From Ramazzottius varieornatus (lineage: Eukaryota > Animalia > Tardigrada), in the NCBI GenBank assembly GCA_001949185.1, contig BDGG01000013.1, forward strand, positions 186,001 through 250,000: DNA of 64,000 nt, written 5' to 3'. Both the position numbers and the translations under genes were made by a program. Numbering within the stretch: the first letter of the stretch is position 1; each line of letters opens with the position of its first letter. The notes under the pieces were generated by a model. The model saw only the letters and a list, made by a program, of their open reading frames with translations, had not been told where the DNA came from and did not search any database. Below, piece by piece: positions 28,001 to 40,704 of this stretch.

Positions 28001-28424
28001 ACAGCGTCTTCCTGGGTTTGAAAAGATATTAACCGGTACGACTTCCGTGATTGTTGGTTGAGAGTCACTGAGCAACATACTCTGTACGCGTTTTCGATTT
28101 CAGATCAAATGCTCTTCCTAAGTTACGCCCAAATATGGTGCGGAAATTACAGGTTACCCCCACTACAGCTCCAAGTTAACCGTGAGTCCTCATTGATATC
28201 ACAATGGTAGCACGCAATTTACGTGTAATACAGTAGACGGTAGTTACGGAGGTATCTTACCTCCGCCGAGATGAATCCTTGTTCCTGTATGACCTGCAGG
28301 TCCACACAGTCCCGGGCGATTTCGGATCATTGGTCCTCTGCACAACTCCATGGAATTTTCTGAGGCGTACCAGTGTGGACCAACTACGTACATGAATGCG
28401 ACCATGAGAGCCGCCGTGTGGTAG
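25100..28424 (+). pseudogene. Neprilysin/ECE (M13 peptidase) pseudogene; 5' boundary approximate
   Basis: M13 motifs present: VCTTPACV, PCDDFYEFAC, VNAFYSP, PAGILQSPF, NFAAIGTVIGHEIT, GENIADN, PHSPGRFRI. Lesions: HEITH changed to HEITL (CTT at 27623), an in-frame TAG at 27751 and a frameshift near 26150-26200. Confidence 0.85.
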
Positions 28425-28921
28425 CACAAGGATTTTCGATTCCTGCCACGTCACTGCGTTTCTGCGACTACGGATGCTCCTACTTACTTATTCATTAGGA
28501 CTTTGTTTACCAAACTCTTGTCTAGCAAGAAAAACGTTTTCCAAGGTTTGCTTTTTGCATTTCTTATGATTTTTCTGAGAAACGACTGTTCCTGTAGCCA
28601 GTGACATAGCTAGTGACAAGTTAGTGCCTAGCCGAAAGGCAAATCTTCGTCGAGGTGTTGGTTTGTTCTGTCAGGCAGTAAATGGTCGTTCGTCGATATA
28701 TTGATCTGTTGGGCAGTTCTAAAGATTCAAGAAAGACACCTCTTCCGGATCCCAAAGCCTTCTCCACCGGTGCAGTTTTATTTGCACTTGCTTACCATTG
28801 CGATCAGGAACGCGAGGACATGGAAATCAATCAATCAGAACGCAGGCGGGGTTCGGGGCGGTATTGCACTCAAAAGTTTTGATAAACTTTACTGAAAGCG
28901 CTCTCTGAATTACCACTTGGT

Positions 28922-29149
28922 TTACAGACCCTTATTGAGAAGAAGATCCTCCAAACGCTTTTCTATCGTTCCGCACAACTTTCTACAGAGCTCAGGGGTT
29001 ACTAATTTATCCCATGCATCATGCAACAACCTCTTTGAATCCTGCTTCGTATTCAGACACCTCTTTCTGACATATTGCCACATGAAATTCCGAACGTTCT
29101 CAATGGGATTCATATCTGGAGAAAACGGTGGCCACGTTCCGTGGCACAT
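28922..29149 (-). mobile_element. Tc1-like DDE transposase C-terminal fragment
   Basis: WPPFSPDMNPIENV matches the Tc1 WPxxSPDLNPIE motif. Confidence 0.85.
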
Positions 29150-29469
29150 AACGCTGAAGCGCCCACGTCACAGACCCTGTGGCCTCGACTCATCTTAAAC
29201 TATATTACAGAACGCAATGACAGAGGTAGCTATTGATATCACAGAAGCGATCACAGCAACCAAAAAGTCAGTAAGACTCCCGGTATCACAAAGGAACACC
29301 TGTTACGCCTGAAACACCTGAATGAACCGGGAACGTTGATCAAGGCTTCTGATTGCCGTCCACGCGAATTAATTCTCATAATCTGACGTGGCAAGCCACG
29401 TCTTCACCCTCGGTTCACTAACCACCAATTAGCGTTCGATATTTGGCCACCACAGCTTGCCAGGTTTGG

Positions 29470-31460
29470 AGACACTCGGACCATGGGGACCCTGTGCCAC
29501 AGAACTGTTTGAGGCGGTCGGAAGAAACATAGCTGAAGAAACTGGCGAGCCTAGATCTTTTCAGTTTTTAAGCAGCGAGTGTCGATAGATGTTCTTCGTG
29601 AAGATTGTTACTCCGCTCACAGTACTGTGAAAGATATGAAAGGTCTGGACAAAATGTTTCATGTCTTACTGTAGATGTTAAGAAGGGTAAGTCCGTGTAA
29701 CGCTTGTTTGTTGTTTTGTATTGCTGCTTCCTCATTTTTTGGGAAGAGATTATTGTCTTCAAATAAACATTTCTGCGCTTGCCGGGTAAAAGGCTGCCTA
29801 GACGGTATCTTCTTAACCGAGACGCCATCTCTTTTTCGTCATAACTTCCACCTTCCTTAGTGCACGCGAAGACTACTCTCCGCGTTTTGAGTTATTGCGA
29901 AGTGTGTTTTGGTTTCTGCTGCCATATGGAGCTTCAAAGCAAGCATTCCGAGCAGAAACCGTGCAGTAATCGACACGGTTCAAAGTCCGCTGGTAAGGGC
30001 TATCCGACCTTTACGAAAAAATTCGTAACTCGGTCATCTTGCATCTGATCGACCTAAACTTTGAAACCAAAGAAGCGCTAATGAGCAGTACAGAAGGCAG
30101 TGTCAGCCGTGGCAAATCGACTCAAACAGCCCCCGATGAAGAAGCCCATTCCTGAACCTTTTGTCGGCCGATTAAAGTACCAAGTCCGAAATGAGTTCAT
30201 TCAGATATCGGTTATTACTTTAGATGGAGAAACCTGTTTCTATGATGAAGGACAGCAGGCTGCAATCACAAACAGAAGTATTCCCACGTATATCGTACAC
30301 GTTGAAAACCACGAGTATAATGTTATCACTGGCTAGATTTCGCGGCACTGGTGGGCCCAGAGTCTTCACATTTGCGCAACTCAAGTAGAACATCTGGTAT
30401 GTAAAGGGGAACAAACCTTCACGAGACGAGATGCATGACGCCAGCGAACAATGAATCGTACCTGTAGAGGAGTTGTCGGAACTCGGTAAAGACAGCTCCT
30501 CTTGGTCTTTCAGAAGTTTTTCGAGAAATTTCTCATATTCTTTGACAGTATACAGCGTGAAAAGGGGACAGCACAGCAGCGTCGACAGCGAGAGGTAAGA
30601 GCGTCTTCAGAGTCAACAGTATAATAAATCAGCTTCTACCTGAAGCTCGGTTTTACGTCTTTCTAATGTGGGGGCAAAGTAGAGACTGCATAACGGCACT
30701 GGGAAAATACTAGTGCTGATCCACCATGACATACAAAGATCGGTCCAACGTAACGGGCTGGCAGCAGTTCGGTAGACAGCCGAGCTCTGCGGAATCGCTG
30801 GTGGATTGCTGCAAAAACGTCGTTCAGAATGGGGTTTAGAGGTGCGATCAGTTTCCAACCATCGTAATTCCAGAAGAACCTTCGGAAGATTCAGATCGTC
30901 AGTTTTGAATTCCACAAAGTTTCCCACTAACTTAAATTCCACTCGCTGAAATCAATCAAAGACAGTATGGACCAGTGTTCATCTGATCAGCGGATTTGTG
31001 AACCGCGAAGTGACGAAAGAAAGCACCAGCAGTATTCAGTTCTACTAGTACTGTATAAATTTAGTGCAATAAATTAGTAAAGCAACACGTACATTAGCCA
31101 GAGTCTTCTCGAATTCAAGGATTTTCGGCCATTGTGCGATATTCCTTCCGAAGATCCTTAGCGTTCTCATAATTCCCAACACGCCACTGTATCCAGAATG
31201 GCACATCCGTCATGCAATCGATGTAAGCGCTATGGTTGTCACTCGGTCTATCGTCGAGCAGCGCCGAACGACGCACGGTGAATTTTCCCGCGTGAACCAT
31301 GATGACGTTCTGCTTCGGGTCGGTGACGTTCCGAAGTACAACAGTATCGAAGATACCCAAAGAATTTTCGTATCGAAAAGTACAAGCTAGTGTATCAAAT
31401 ACGCAACGATAAGGTATAACAACGAACGAAGGAGAATGTCGCTCCAGCGTTAACACAAAT
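29470..31460 (-). pseudogene. Second, inverted and highly fragmented neprilysin-like paralog
   Basis: NSLGIF..QNVIMVHAGKFTVRRSALL..HSAYIDCMTDV (31115-31456) parallels NSLGIF..QNVIEFDAGRFTLDRSVLL..HNAYVEYMTEV at ~26140-26300. QMFYLSCAN (~30390) parallels QMLFLSYAQ (~28110). Confidence 0.65.
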
Positions 31461-32506
31461 AAGCAAGCTTACCGTCTTTCTCATTAAGGATGGTACTCAA
31501 GATGGCCAGACACTGAAAGAAAGAGTTATCCTACCCCAATACTAATGTAACCCGAAAACGCTTGTGGAGAGTACGTGACCCGTTACAGAAGCAATTTCGC
31601 AAGCAAGATTTCACTACCATATGTACGTGTACAGGAGTCTGGGAGGGTGCCAGTTTAAATTTTGGTGGGAAAAAGCTCAACCTGGTCACTTCTATATCTG
31701 TTTACATTTTCCTGCTTTCGATTAGGTCAATTAAAATTCACTCATAACTTTGGAAATGTAATGCATAACAAAGTATCCAATGTGAAGAAAGTTCAGGCAG
31801 AATCGACAGGCTGAAATTCCATGTGTCTACGTGTCAGCGGTCCTGAAGACGATGTCAGTGTTGAGAAGTTTATTCTAGTCAGGGTGAATCCAGGACTCAC
31901 TCTGTTCTAGTTATGCCAAAACTAAAACGAAAAACGACGATTATCGTCGACGATTACAATTTTCCCTATGGCAAAAAACCGTGGCTAAAACAGTTATAGC
32001 TTGAAGAGCTCATCAGAAACCTCAACAATCATCTTCAAAAGGCTGGCAATGGACAAGACTTCCACGAGACTGCGGACGGAGGACAGAGCTAGGCAGTACT
32101 GTTTCGGACTACAAATACCTCGTTCTACAGCACCGCCTACCAATTCATGCGCATTGTGCCCAGCGTATGCAGCCTGTACGTGTGCGCACTAGCTAGTCGG
32201 GTGATGCATCGTTGTGTCGCTCTTGGCAGGCCGTTCGGGACGCGAACAGGATGGACAGGGGATCCAATGATTCCCCTGTGAAATCCTTAGATATGTGAAC
32301 CACTGAGCCAAAAGAGCCAACTACATTATGGGTTCGAAGGCTACTCCACCGGTGTAATTTTCCTGTCCGGGCCTGTCATTGTTCTTCCATGTGAACGTTT
32401 CTTTCCGCTTTGCAGACCAGGCGTTGTTTCGGATTTACGCGTACATGTAATGTGCAGACTATGGGACACCTTTACCGGTGAATGGTGCCCCCCCCCCCCA
32501 CCTGGC

Positions 32507-32556
32507 NNNNNNNNNNNNNNNNNNNNNNNNNNNNNNNNNNNNNNNNNNNNNNNNNN
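32507..32556. other. Assembly gap (50 N) flanked by near-identical poly-C sequences
   Basis: CTTTACCGG(T/G)GAATGGTGC(n)ACCTG occurs on both sides of the N run. Confidence 0.95.
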
Positions 32557-34704
32557 CTTTACCGGGGAATGGTGCCCCCCCCCCCCACCTGCCCAGCCGT
32601 AGGCGCCCATATCTTTTACGCGCATGAATTCAATTGTCGCTAAGGGAGTAGTAAGTCACGCGCTTATACAGTCACGCATAGCATTTGGGAAGTTGACTTA
32701 TCTGGTGCTGCAAAATCAGCTCAGTGAAACTGGCCGTTTTGTGAAGAAGGTGACACTTTCAGTAAACCAATTTTTTCGAGCGCCCATATTCATTCACAAA
32801 TGCTGTTATGCGTTTAGATTGTACTCCGATAGGCGTTCGTTCAAAAGCACTGTCAGGGTCTTTCAAAAACGTGGCTTCCGCAGTCACTGGGGTCGAAATC
32901 CGGACATACTGTAAAACCAAATTCTGCGTTGCACGAGCTGGAAGAGTTCAATCGGAGATCGACTTCGGCTGGAAAATATTAACAAAACCCACACTCTCGT
33001 ATCTGCTGAGCAGCCTACCGAAAGCTAATGAGAGGTCCGTGAGGCAGGAAAAATATAATTCTCGCCACCCAGCTAAAGTGGCGCATTTTGCAAGTCGTTT
33101 TTCACCAGGAATAACGGAAATTCTTGCTTTTCAAATTCCAGAAGTCGCAGTGAGATAACTTCTGACCGCTATTGTGAAGACCCAACTTTCCTCTAATGAA
33201 CAATATGACTAGCTTTAAATTCCGTTGAGCCAAGGCGCGGAGAAAACAATGAGAAAAACTGGAAAACAATCTTTCTTTTGCGGCTTTAACCTCAACGTTC
33301 TCTTCGAGTTGTCAACTCACGGAGCTAATCGCTGCTGCAGAAGAAGGGAGAATGTTGGTGGACAACATTTGGCATAGGGAAGAGAAAGGACATTAGGCAA
33401 ATTCACAGAAGTTTGTTGAAAATATGGCTCGAAAAGTTGCAAGTCATTTCCACACCTGAAACATACTGTAGGTCTGCACTTGTTCCTTGCAGCTGAATAC
33501 AAATGCTTTCCAAATATGCTTGCGGACCCTATTATGCGTGTTTGGTTGGTAAGCTGGTCTGTTTGCTGTAGATGAAACGGAAATCGTTTTCAAGTGATAG
33601 GTATAGTGGGAAAACCGGAGAGAATTGTGGCATTTAGGCGGCGCTCCCCGGTTGCTCTGCTGATGTACCTGTGTGAGAGCAAACCGGATATCGTACCAAC
33701 CTGGACGACATAATCGAGCTTTATAAGATGCAGCCCGACCACAAAAGGCAGAAACGTATGATGACTTTCTAACGTCACCCGTATTGTTGATAGCTGTTAG
33801 TGTCAGCGGATATAAGATTGGCATCAAGTGGGACCCTTTAGAGTATGGCCAACTTAAGTTCGTCATTTAGGGATGGAAAGCAGTTGCGTGAGGAGAAGAG
33901 AGCTTTTCGAAATGTTTACATTTACTTTGGGATATACACAAACGCATCCAGGAGATTTCTCGTTTCTGTCTGCATAAAAGTTCATGAACGTGTGATGATA
34001 CTGCGTATGGAAGGGTGTAAGAACGGCTACACACCGCATTGCCTGGAACAATACCAGTTCCACGAATCTGAAGGCATGCTCTTCACGTCTGTTTTTACTC
34101 AGTGGTTGAACATTTTCGGTTTACTCTCTCAAAATGTTTCCTAGCTCGAAAGATCCCCAGCATGCAGCAAAAGAGGGCATGCACAGTTCGGAAAGTTCCT
34201 TGGACAGTACCCCGCTGTACTATCTTTGTCGACCTGTCGTCTGGCTGATGCGCCTTGGAGGGATGTTTATCGTACATATTAATAGTATGGTCAAAACTCT
34301 ACAGTACCGGCATTTAAAGCGCAACCACAGGGAACTGATTTTGATGCAAATATCATGAGGAGCCAAATCAATTAATCAATCAATGCATTGATGATTCTTT
34401 TGCTGCTTTGACAGATTCATCCAAAGTTTGTCAACCTGGTCCGGAAAATCCATACTACTCCGCAACCGCAAGTGGAGGGTACTTTCACAGAAGGGACCTG
34501 AAGGCACAAAAGGCAAGGAGACTGCGACTATGGAGGATGATAGAAGAACTGGCCAGAGTATGGTGTATACTAGTTTTGAACAAAGTACCGGCAATACCTG
34601 TACTAAGTACAGATTTTTCAGTGCTTGTACTTTACTAGGTACAGACAGCCGATAGCTGTACCTTACGGGAGGTATTTCAGGTGTTTACCTGGTAATAAAG
34701 GGTA

Positions 34705-37541
34705 CGAGGGAAAGGACATTAATCCGTCCAGCGAAAATTTCGGACATAAATCCGTCCAAACCGCGGTATGGGGTGGCAGCACAATGCAGGTTACACTATC
34801 ATGTGATTCCTCACAGCCTGAGTCATACCACAACCGCAACCGAATAGCCTTCAGCCCAACTAATCTGCGGCTACAGAGCAAATTTCGAAGACGTGTTTCT
34901 GTCGACTGTCGTCGACATGAACTAAAACTCTCCACTCCACAATCATCTCTCCTACGTATCATCTAGAACGTAAAACCTCATTTCTAAAGAAAGCTCGCAC
35001 GTGAAGGAAAGGAATGACTTCCGTAAGGCACAACAGTGTCGCGGAACCCGCAAGGGAAAAATGGAAGAGTTCAGACATTCTTCGACTTTTTGGCTTTGCG
35101 TGCTGTCTTTGTTACGGCGGTCTCCTCTGCAGATTTCCGTTTTCTCGACGGACCAACTTTTGCGATCTTGTCAGTGATTTTCTCTTCGGTGGCTTTCTTC
35201 TTCTTAGCCAATCTCCCAACATCGTCTACCTTCTTCTTAGCTGCCTTCGCAGCCTCCTCTTTCCCAAGCGCGCGGATGAACTCATCATCACTCACCATTT
35301 TACCTGCCTCGAGATTAAGGTGCCTGTTTTTGACTCGTCGCTGCTTAGCCGGTGCCTCCCTGTTCACACGTTTCTGTAAAGCGTTCGCGGCCAGCACACC
35401 AGGCGTGATACCTTTCGCTATAAGCAAGATACTTTCCTCAGCCTTCTTCATGTCTTCGTCGGACTGACAGCCATAATATTCCGTCAGGACTTGAAACAGC
35501 TTGGCTTGGTCTTCCTTCTTCTTTTGCTCAACGAGTAATCCGCGACTGACTTTCGCTGGATCATGGTGAGCCTTGACCGTGGCGCGAATAATCTCGGGGC
35601 TGAAGGGGAACAAGCCACATTTCTTAAATCCCGACGTCAGGCACTCCCCTGCGTTGAACGCGAACCGCTCTTCACATCCCTCTTTCCGAAACCATAACTT
35701 TACGAGATGGGAGCACAGGTTATCTTTCGTCACCTGATCGAACAGACGAGACAAAAGTTGCAAAAATGGTCAGTTTACCAGTCCAGAATAGGTATTAGTT
35801 TAACAAAAAAATTGGTGCACCGGCCACCAGCCAAGACGTTTCGCGACGCTAAGTAGTCGTGCCATCTCTTCTTGATACCGCCAAAGACCGACACATCGAA
35901 GGGCTGCAGATGATTGGTTTGCCCAGTAGGCAGACAGAATACAGCAACTCTTTTCCCAGACTCTTCAAAGAACTGCCGGCAGTATTTGACGAGGAGAAGA
36001 TAATTCACATGGGAGAAATGCCCATCGACGAAGAGAACATTCTGGAAGTGAAAAACATTTTCCATTAGAATAACTCACCAATCCCTGACGTCACTGGAAT
36101 AAATGAACGTTAAACCAATTTATCGTCATACAGCTTACATCCGGTGACGTCACACGCAGGCACAAAATTTTACCAGTGGTTCAGTGATCGCGGGAAAAAC
36201 CTCGGCCTTCACATAGTTTGCAAAGAGTAACTGATCCATATATCCCGACGCATTGACAGCTTGATAGCACAGGTTATGGGTGTCATCTAGACGCGACTGG
36301 ACGTGGAGTTTTCCGGAGAACAAGGCCATGAATCGAAGCTGCAGGCCAGCTGCGGTACCACAAGGAAGGATTGTCACCAGCTCCTTCTCTGTGCCGTCGT
36401 ACTACGACGCGATCTGTCTCACTCCTTTCCTTGCGATGACGCGATCGTACATTCTGACTGTACCAAACGCTGCTTCGTCAAGGTTCCAAACCTGCCCTAG
36501 CGTTTCAAGGAATCCTTGATCTTTCAAAGCTTGTAAATTCCTGATGTATTCTTCGCACTTGGCTTCCATCCATTCACGGTCCTTCTTTCTGTTGGAAGCA
36601 TGGGTAATGCGGAGCGAAAGATCCTTGTGTCTGGATGTAAAGTGTCGAAAGTACTTGTCGCCAAAACTCAGGTTCTCCATCCCTACGACCACAGAAAGCC
36701 ATATTAAGCATGCTCACGGCGAACTCAGAATAAATAAACCGCAGTGCATAGGTCCAGAATTTATTTTTGGCTTACCAAGCTCAGCTGCCATCTCTGAGAT
36801 CACTTGTAGAGAATGGAATCGATTCAACGGAACTCCCATATCCGCACAGCTGACTAACAAGTCAACCAGTTCTTTCTCTGCCCATTCTGGAAGTTTTGTT
36901 GGGGCACCTTTTGCCTTTGGCTCAGGATTTACCATTCGATCGCGCATGGTTGATCGGGGAACGCCGATCTGCTTTGCCACAGCATGTTGGCTTAGACCAT
37001 CTTTCGTCGCCAGGATCGCTGCTTCTAGCATCAGCTCCTTGCTTACCTGAGCCGCCGTCTTAAGTCTGGCAACTGCCTTACTCGTCGAAGCCATCTTTGA
37101 GACACATGGAAGATCAAAGAAACGTTCTTTGTTAAAATTGGCCTTGCTGCATGGGCATCGAGACGCAGTTTTACTCGCCGGAAATACGTCACAGAGGTGA
37201 AAGGCACTCGCAAAACGCTTAAGGGAATACTTTATTAGATGAAAAAGCAGCTGTGCCGTTGATTGCCGTGAAACCGACGATCAGGGTGAGTCACCCAAAA
37301 ATACTACACAGACGCCTCTGCAGGCCTGGGACTTTCTTCGTGCGTCGGCTCTTTAACATGGCGTTTCGGCGTGTTTCATCCCGATCCTTCTTTCTTGTTT
37401 GTGCTCCGGCAAATGGCTCCCAGATCAGTTACGTTGAGCTGAGGTACAGTGAGACAAATTTTGACGAGCGACTTTGCAAAAACCATCTGGACGGATTGAT
37501 GTCCGAAATATTCACTGGACGGATTAATGTCCTTTCCCTCG
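34705..37541 (-). mobile_element. Full-length pogo/Fot-like DNA transposon (2837 bp) with an intron-containing transposase
   Basis: TA flanks both ends. TIRs are ~55 bp and begin with 27 perfectly matching bases (CGAGGGAAAGGACATTAATCCGTCCAG), with an internal AATCCGTCCA direct repeat. Confidence 0.92.
35071..37094 (-). pseudogene. pogo-like transposase (HTH_psq/CENP-B-type HTH plus DDE_1) with a nonsense codon
   Basis: HTH (VAKQIGVPRSTMRDR) and catalytic motifs WNLDE, LFVDGHFSH and HLQPFDVSVF are present. Introns are 36775-36683 and 36173-36042, plus a third near 35780-35734 whose phase is unclear. There is an in-frame TAG at 36404-36402. Confidence 0.88.
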
Positions 37542-37677
37542 TACTGAAGGCTGGCGGTAATCACCCAAAGTACCGCAAAAGTACTGAATGCTTCGGTTCG
37601 ATTGTCAGAAATATTAGCATTCTTCAGCCCAAAACACGGCGCTGCTCGTATCGGGCACTGTACTACGTTCGACCGTA

Positions 37678-38124
37678 CACGCACGACGAGATATTACGGT
37701 AAAAATTACGGGCCAGGCGGCAAAGGCGGAAAAGGCGGCAAATTTACAATTTGTATGAAAGTCAGAAACAAAAATCGCACAGAGGACGTAACGTAGTAAA
37801 ATGCAACCGTAGAAAATTGTCACGGACAGTGGCCATCAGCGGATCAGCGGTGTTACTCTAACGCTTCTGTGCTGCTGTCGACTTTCTCCCGGAGGCAGGA
37901 GAAGCATTGGAATAGTTTGAACTGCTGAAGGTAAAATGAAGATCTGGCTGCTCTAACATTAATATGACAAGCTTCAGTTCCTCGGCCCAATATCCAGCAC
38001 TCATGTACAGCAGTCCAGCCTTCGATGTGGTTTTCACGTGAAGCAAGAATCACCTGCCCGTGCCGCTGTAACGAAAATGCCTGGTCCGTAATTTTTACTC
38101 GCCCGTAATATCTCGTCGTGCGTA
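37678..38124. mobile_element. MITE of the CACGCACG-terminus family
   Basis: Inverted ends CACGCACGACGAGATATTACGG..AAAAATTACGGGCCAGGC and GCCTGGTCCGTAATTTTT..CCGTAATATCTCGTCGTGCGTA, with TA flanks. Confidence 0.8.
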
Positions 38125-38699
38125 TACTTCAAATAACGCTTTTGTGCACTCGCTCAGTGCGAAGTATGAAGCCCATGCAGCTACTATTTGTCAGCTTTAT
38201 GGTGTATGTAGGTGCGCGAATTATTTTTCGCCGTACTTTTGGTATTCTTTTCGGACAGTACTTTACCGCCGGTATTACCTGTGAATTTTGCCAGATAACG
38301 ATACTTGCCGAAATACTTTACTTTACCGAGTGCCGAAGAGCCAGTACTGGTTCAACGCTGGTGTATACGAGGGAGAGGTTATTGAGTTAGCCATAACGAC
38401 CTGCGGTTGTTGAGTTAGCCACCGCTGCGGTATGTGGTGGCCCACAGTCAGGGCAACAAGCCAAAAAACGCGGTAAAATCAATACCGCTGTTCTAAACTG
38501 CCGTATGAGGCGCTTACCGCTGTCATAAAGGCTGAAAATTTCGAGAGCCGAATAAACATTTTCTTGACCGGAATGCCCATCGCAGAACTGAAACCCTCGC
38601 ATCATCGTCCTATGAAAACACTTCGTTTGACACCAGATATTATCCACAGAACACTCAGGTAAGCTACTACATAGAACGGCGGAACCTGCATGAATATTC

Positions 38700-40704
38700 T
38701 AGCTAGAAGCTTTAGTCGTTTTCTGTTTCTTTACGGCACGTGTGCTTTTGAGTGGAGCGCTGTTTAAGACCTCACTTGGGTTCGGGTCTGGTTCCTTGTC
38801 CGACGCTTTTCGCTTCACCGAACGGGGCTTTCTACCCGGAGCGATTTTCGGAGGTTTGGGAATAGCAGCTGGAGCGTGTCGAATTCGGGCTTAGCTTACT
38901 TTCGCCCTTCAACTGGCTGCTAGAGAGGCGGTTCTTGCTCTGGCTGCTGCTCGATTCTTTTCCAGATGGTACTGGAAATTTTCCTCGTTGGTTAAACCTC
39001 CAGCGTCGAGGTTCAGATGCTCGTTCTTCTCGCGACGGACTTTCTTGGGCGCAGCAGCAAACAGCGAAGCCTGCAGCGAAGATGCTAGAACAGAACCTGG
39101 AGTTACACCTCGCTGTTTGAGCCTGATGAATTCTTTGATGTCGTCTTGATCTTTCTGGCCGGCGATGTCAAATTCAGTCATCAAAACGTCAGCCAAACGG
39201 TCAAAGCTGGAGCGATAGTCTTTCGGAGCGGAGTCCGCTGTCTCATCGAGAGGGGTAGGACAATGTCGAGTCTTCACAGTCGCACGAATAACCTTAGGAT
39301 TGAAAGGAATTTCTGAGTCCCGGTTTCTGGAATCCAGAGGTAAGATTCGCCCAGGGTTGAATAAGTGCTGCGGCGAGCACTCTTCAGTGTGAAACCAGTT
39401 TGACGAGATGAGAGAGCAGATTATCTTTGGTGACCTAAAGTTTACAAAACGGAACATTAGTTAGGTGGATTCCACAGAAATTTAAAGCACCAAAGTTTTA
39501 CCAGTCCTCCAATAGCAACACGGCGATGCCTCAAATAATCTCCCCATGCTCTTTTAACTTGCCTAAAGACGGAGACATCAGAAGGCTGCAGATGATTGGT
39601 TCGGCCAGCAGGTAAGGCAAAGACTTACACGATCTTTCCGGTTTCCGCCTCGAAATACTTGATGTATTTCGTCAGAGTGAAGTTGTTGATATGGGAGAAG
39701 TGTCCATCAACGAAAATCACATTCTAAAATTATAATAAGCATGACGTCATACGTCAAAACTAATGCATTCCAGCAAGCCCAACAGAAGACTGCGCAACTC
39801 AAGTATTATTAGATTTCTTACCTTCATTTTGGTCATTGTCGGAAATAAGATCATCTTGATATAGCTTGCGAAATGCATTTGATCCATAGTGCCGGACTCA
39901 TTCACACCCTGTAGCAGTGTCCACCTGTGCCATCCAGACGAGATCAGACGTGACGTTTTCCGGAGAACAGCGCCATAAAAGGAAGCTGGAGTTCAGCCGC
40001 GTTGCCACAAGGTAGGATAGTCACCAATCCTTTCTCTGTTCCGTCGTACTGGGAGTAAACTTGCCTCATTCCTTTCCGTCCAGCGACTCTGTCGAACATC
40101 TCGGCCGTGTTGAACGCATATTCGCCCAAGTTCCAAACTTGATCTGGCTCGTCGAGGAATCCTCCGTTATGAAGCTCCGTCAATTTAGCTGTCCGCCAGC
40201 TCGTGCTTCCACTCTCGTTCCTTCCTTCGGTTATTGGCATGGGTTACTCGTAATGATAGTTGTGGATGTCGCTTGAGGAATCTTCGAAAGTGCTGATCGT
40301 TGAACGCTGCGTGGATGAGGCCTGGAAAAACAAAGGAAATCCATAAGAGCTGACCAAAATTCGAATATTACCTTAAAATTGGGATATATCGGCTTACCAA
40401 GTCGAGTATTCATCTCAATGATTGCTGCGGCACAGTGTTGTCGGTTAAGGAGGATCCCAGTATCTGTACAGCTCAACAGTAAGTCTTCCGGGGCATTTTC
40501 TTCGTGGTGAGGAACTTTAGGCCGTTTTCCATGACTTCCGGTATGTCGACCACTCGACCGATTGTCCAGCGTCTGCCGGTTTACTCCGTATGCCTCCGCA
40601 GTTTCCCGCATTCCCCATCCCACTTCTCTCACCGCATGAACCGCTGCTTGCGTCGTTAACTGCGCATGGACCTCTAGTGCAGTCTTCAACTTGAGAGACG
40701 CCAT
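38700..40704 (-). mobile_element. Second, divergent and decayed pogo-like transposase copy; TIRs not found
   Basis: MASLKLKTA..HTH; QYDGTEKGLVTILPCG; VIFVDGHFSH; HLQPSDVSVF; HLNLDAG. It has several stops and frameshifts, and three introns at positions matching copy 1. Confidence 0.85.

Noticed and set aside
32341-32625. ORF with a duplicated GGGGGHHSPVK
   Set aside because: It spans the N gap; the duplication is most likely overlapping contig ends at a poly-C run.
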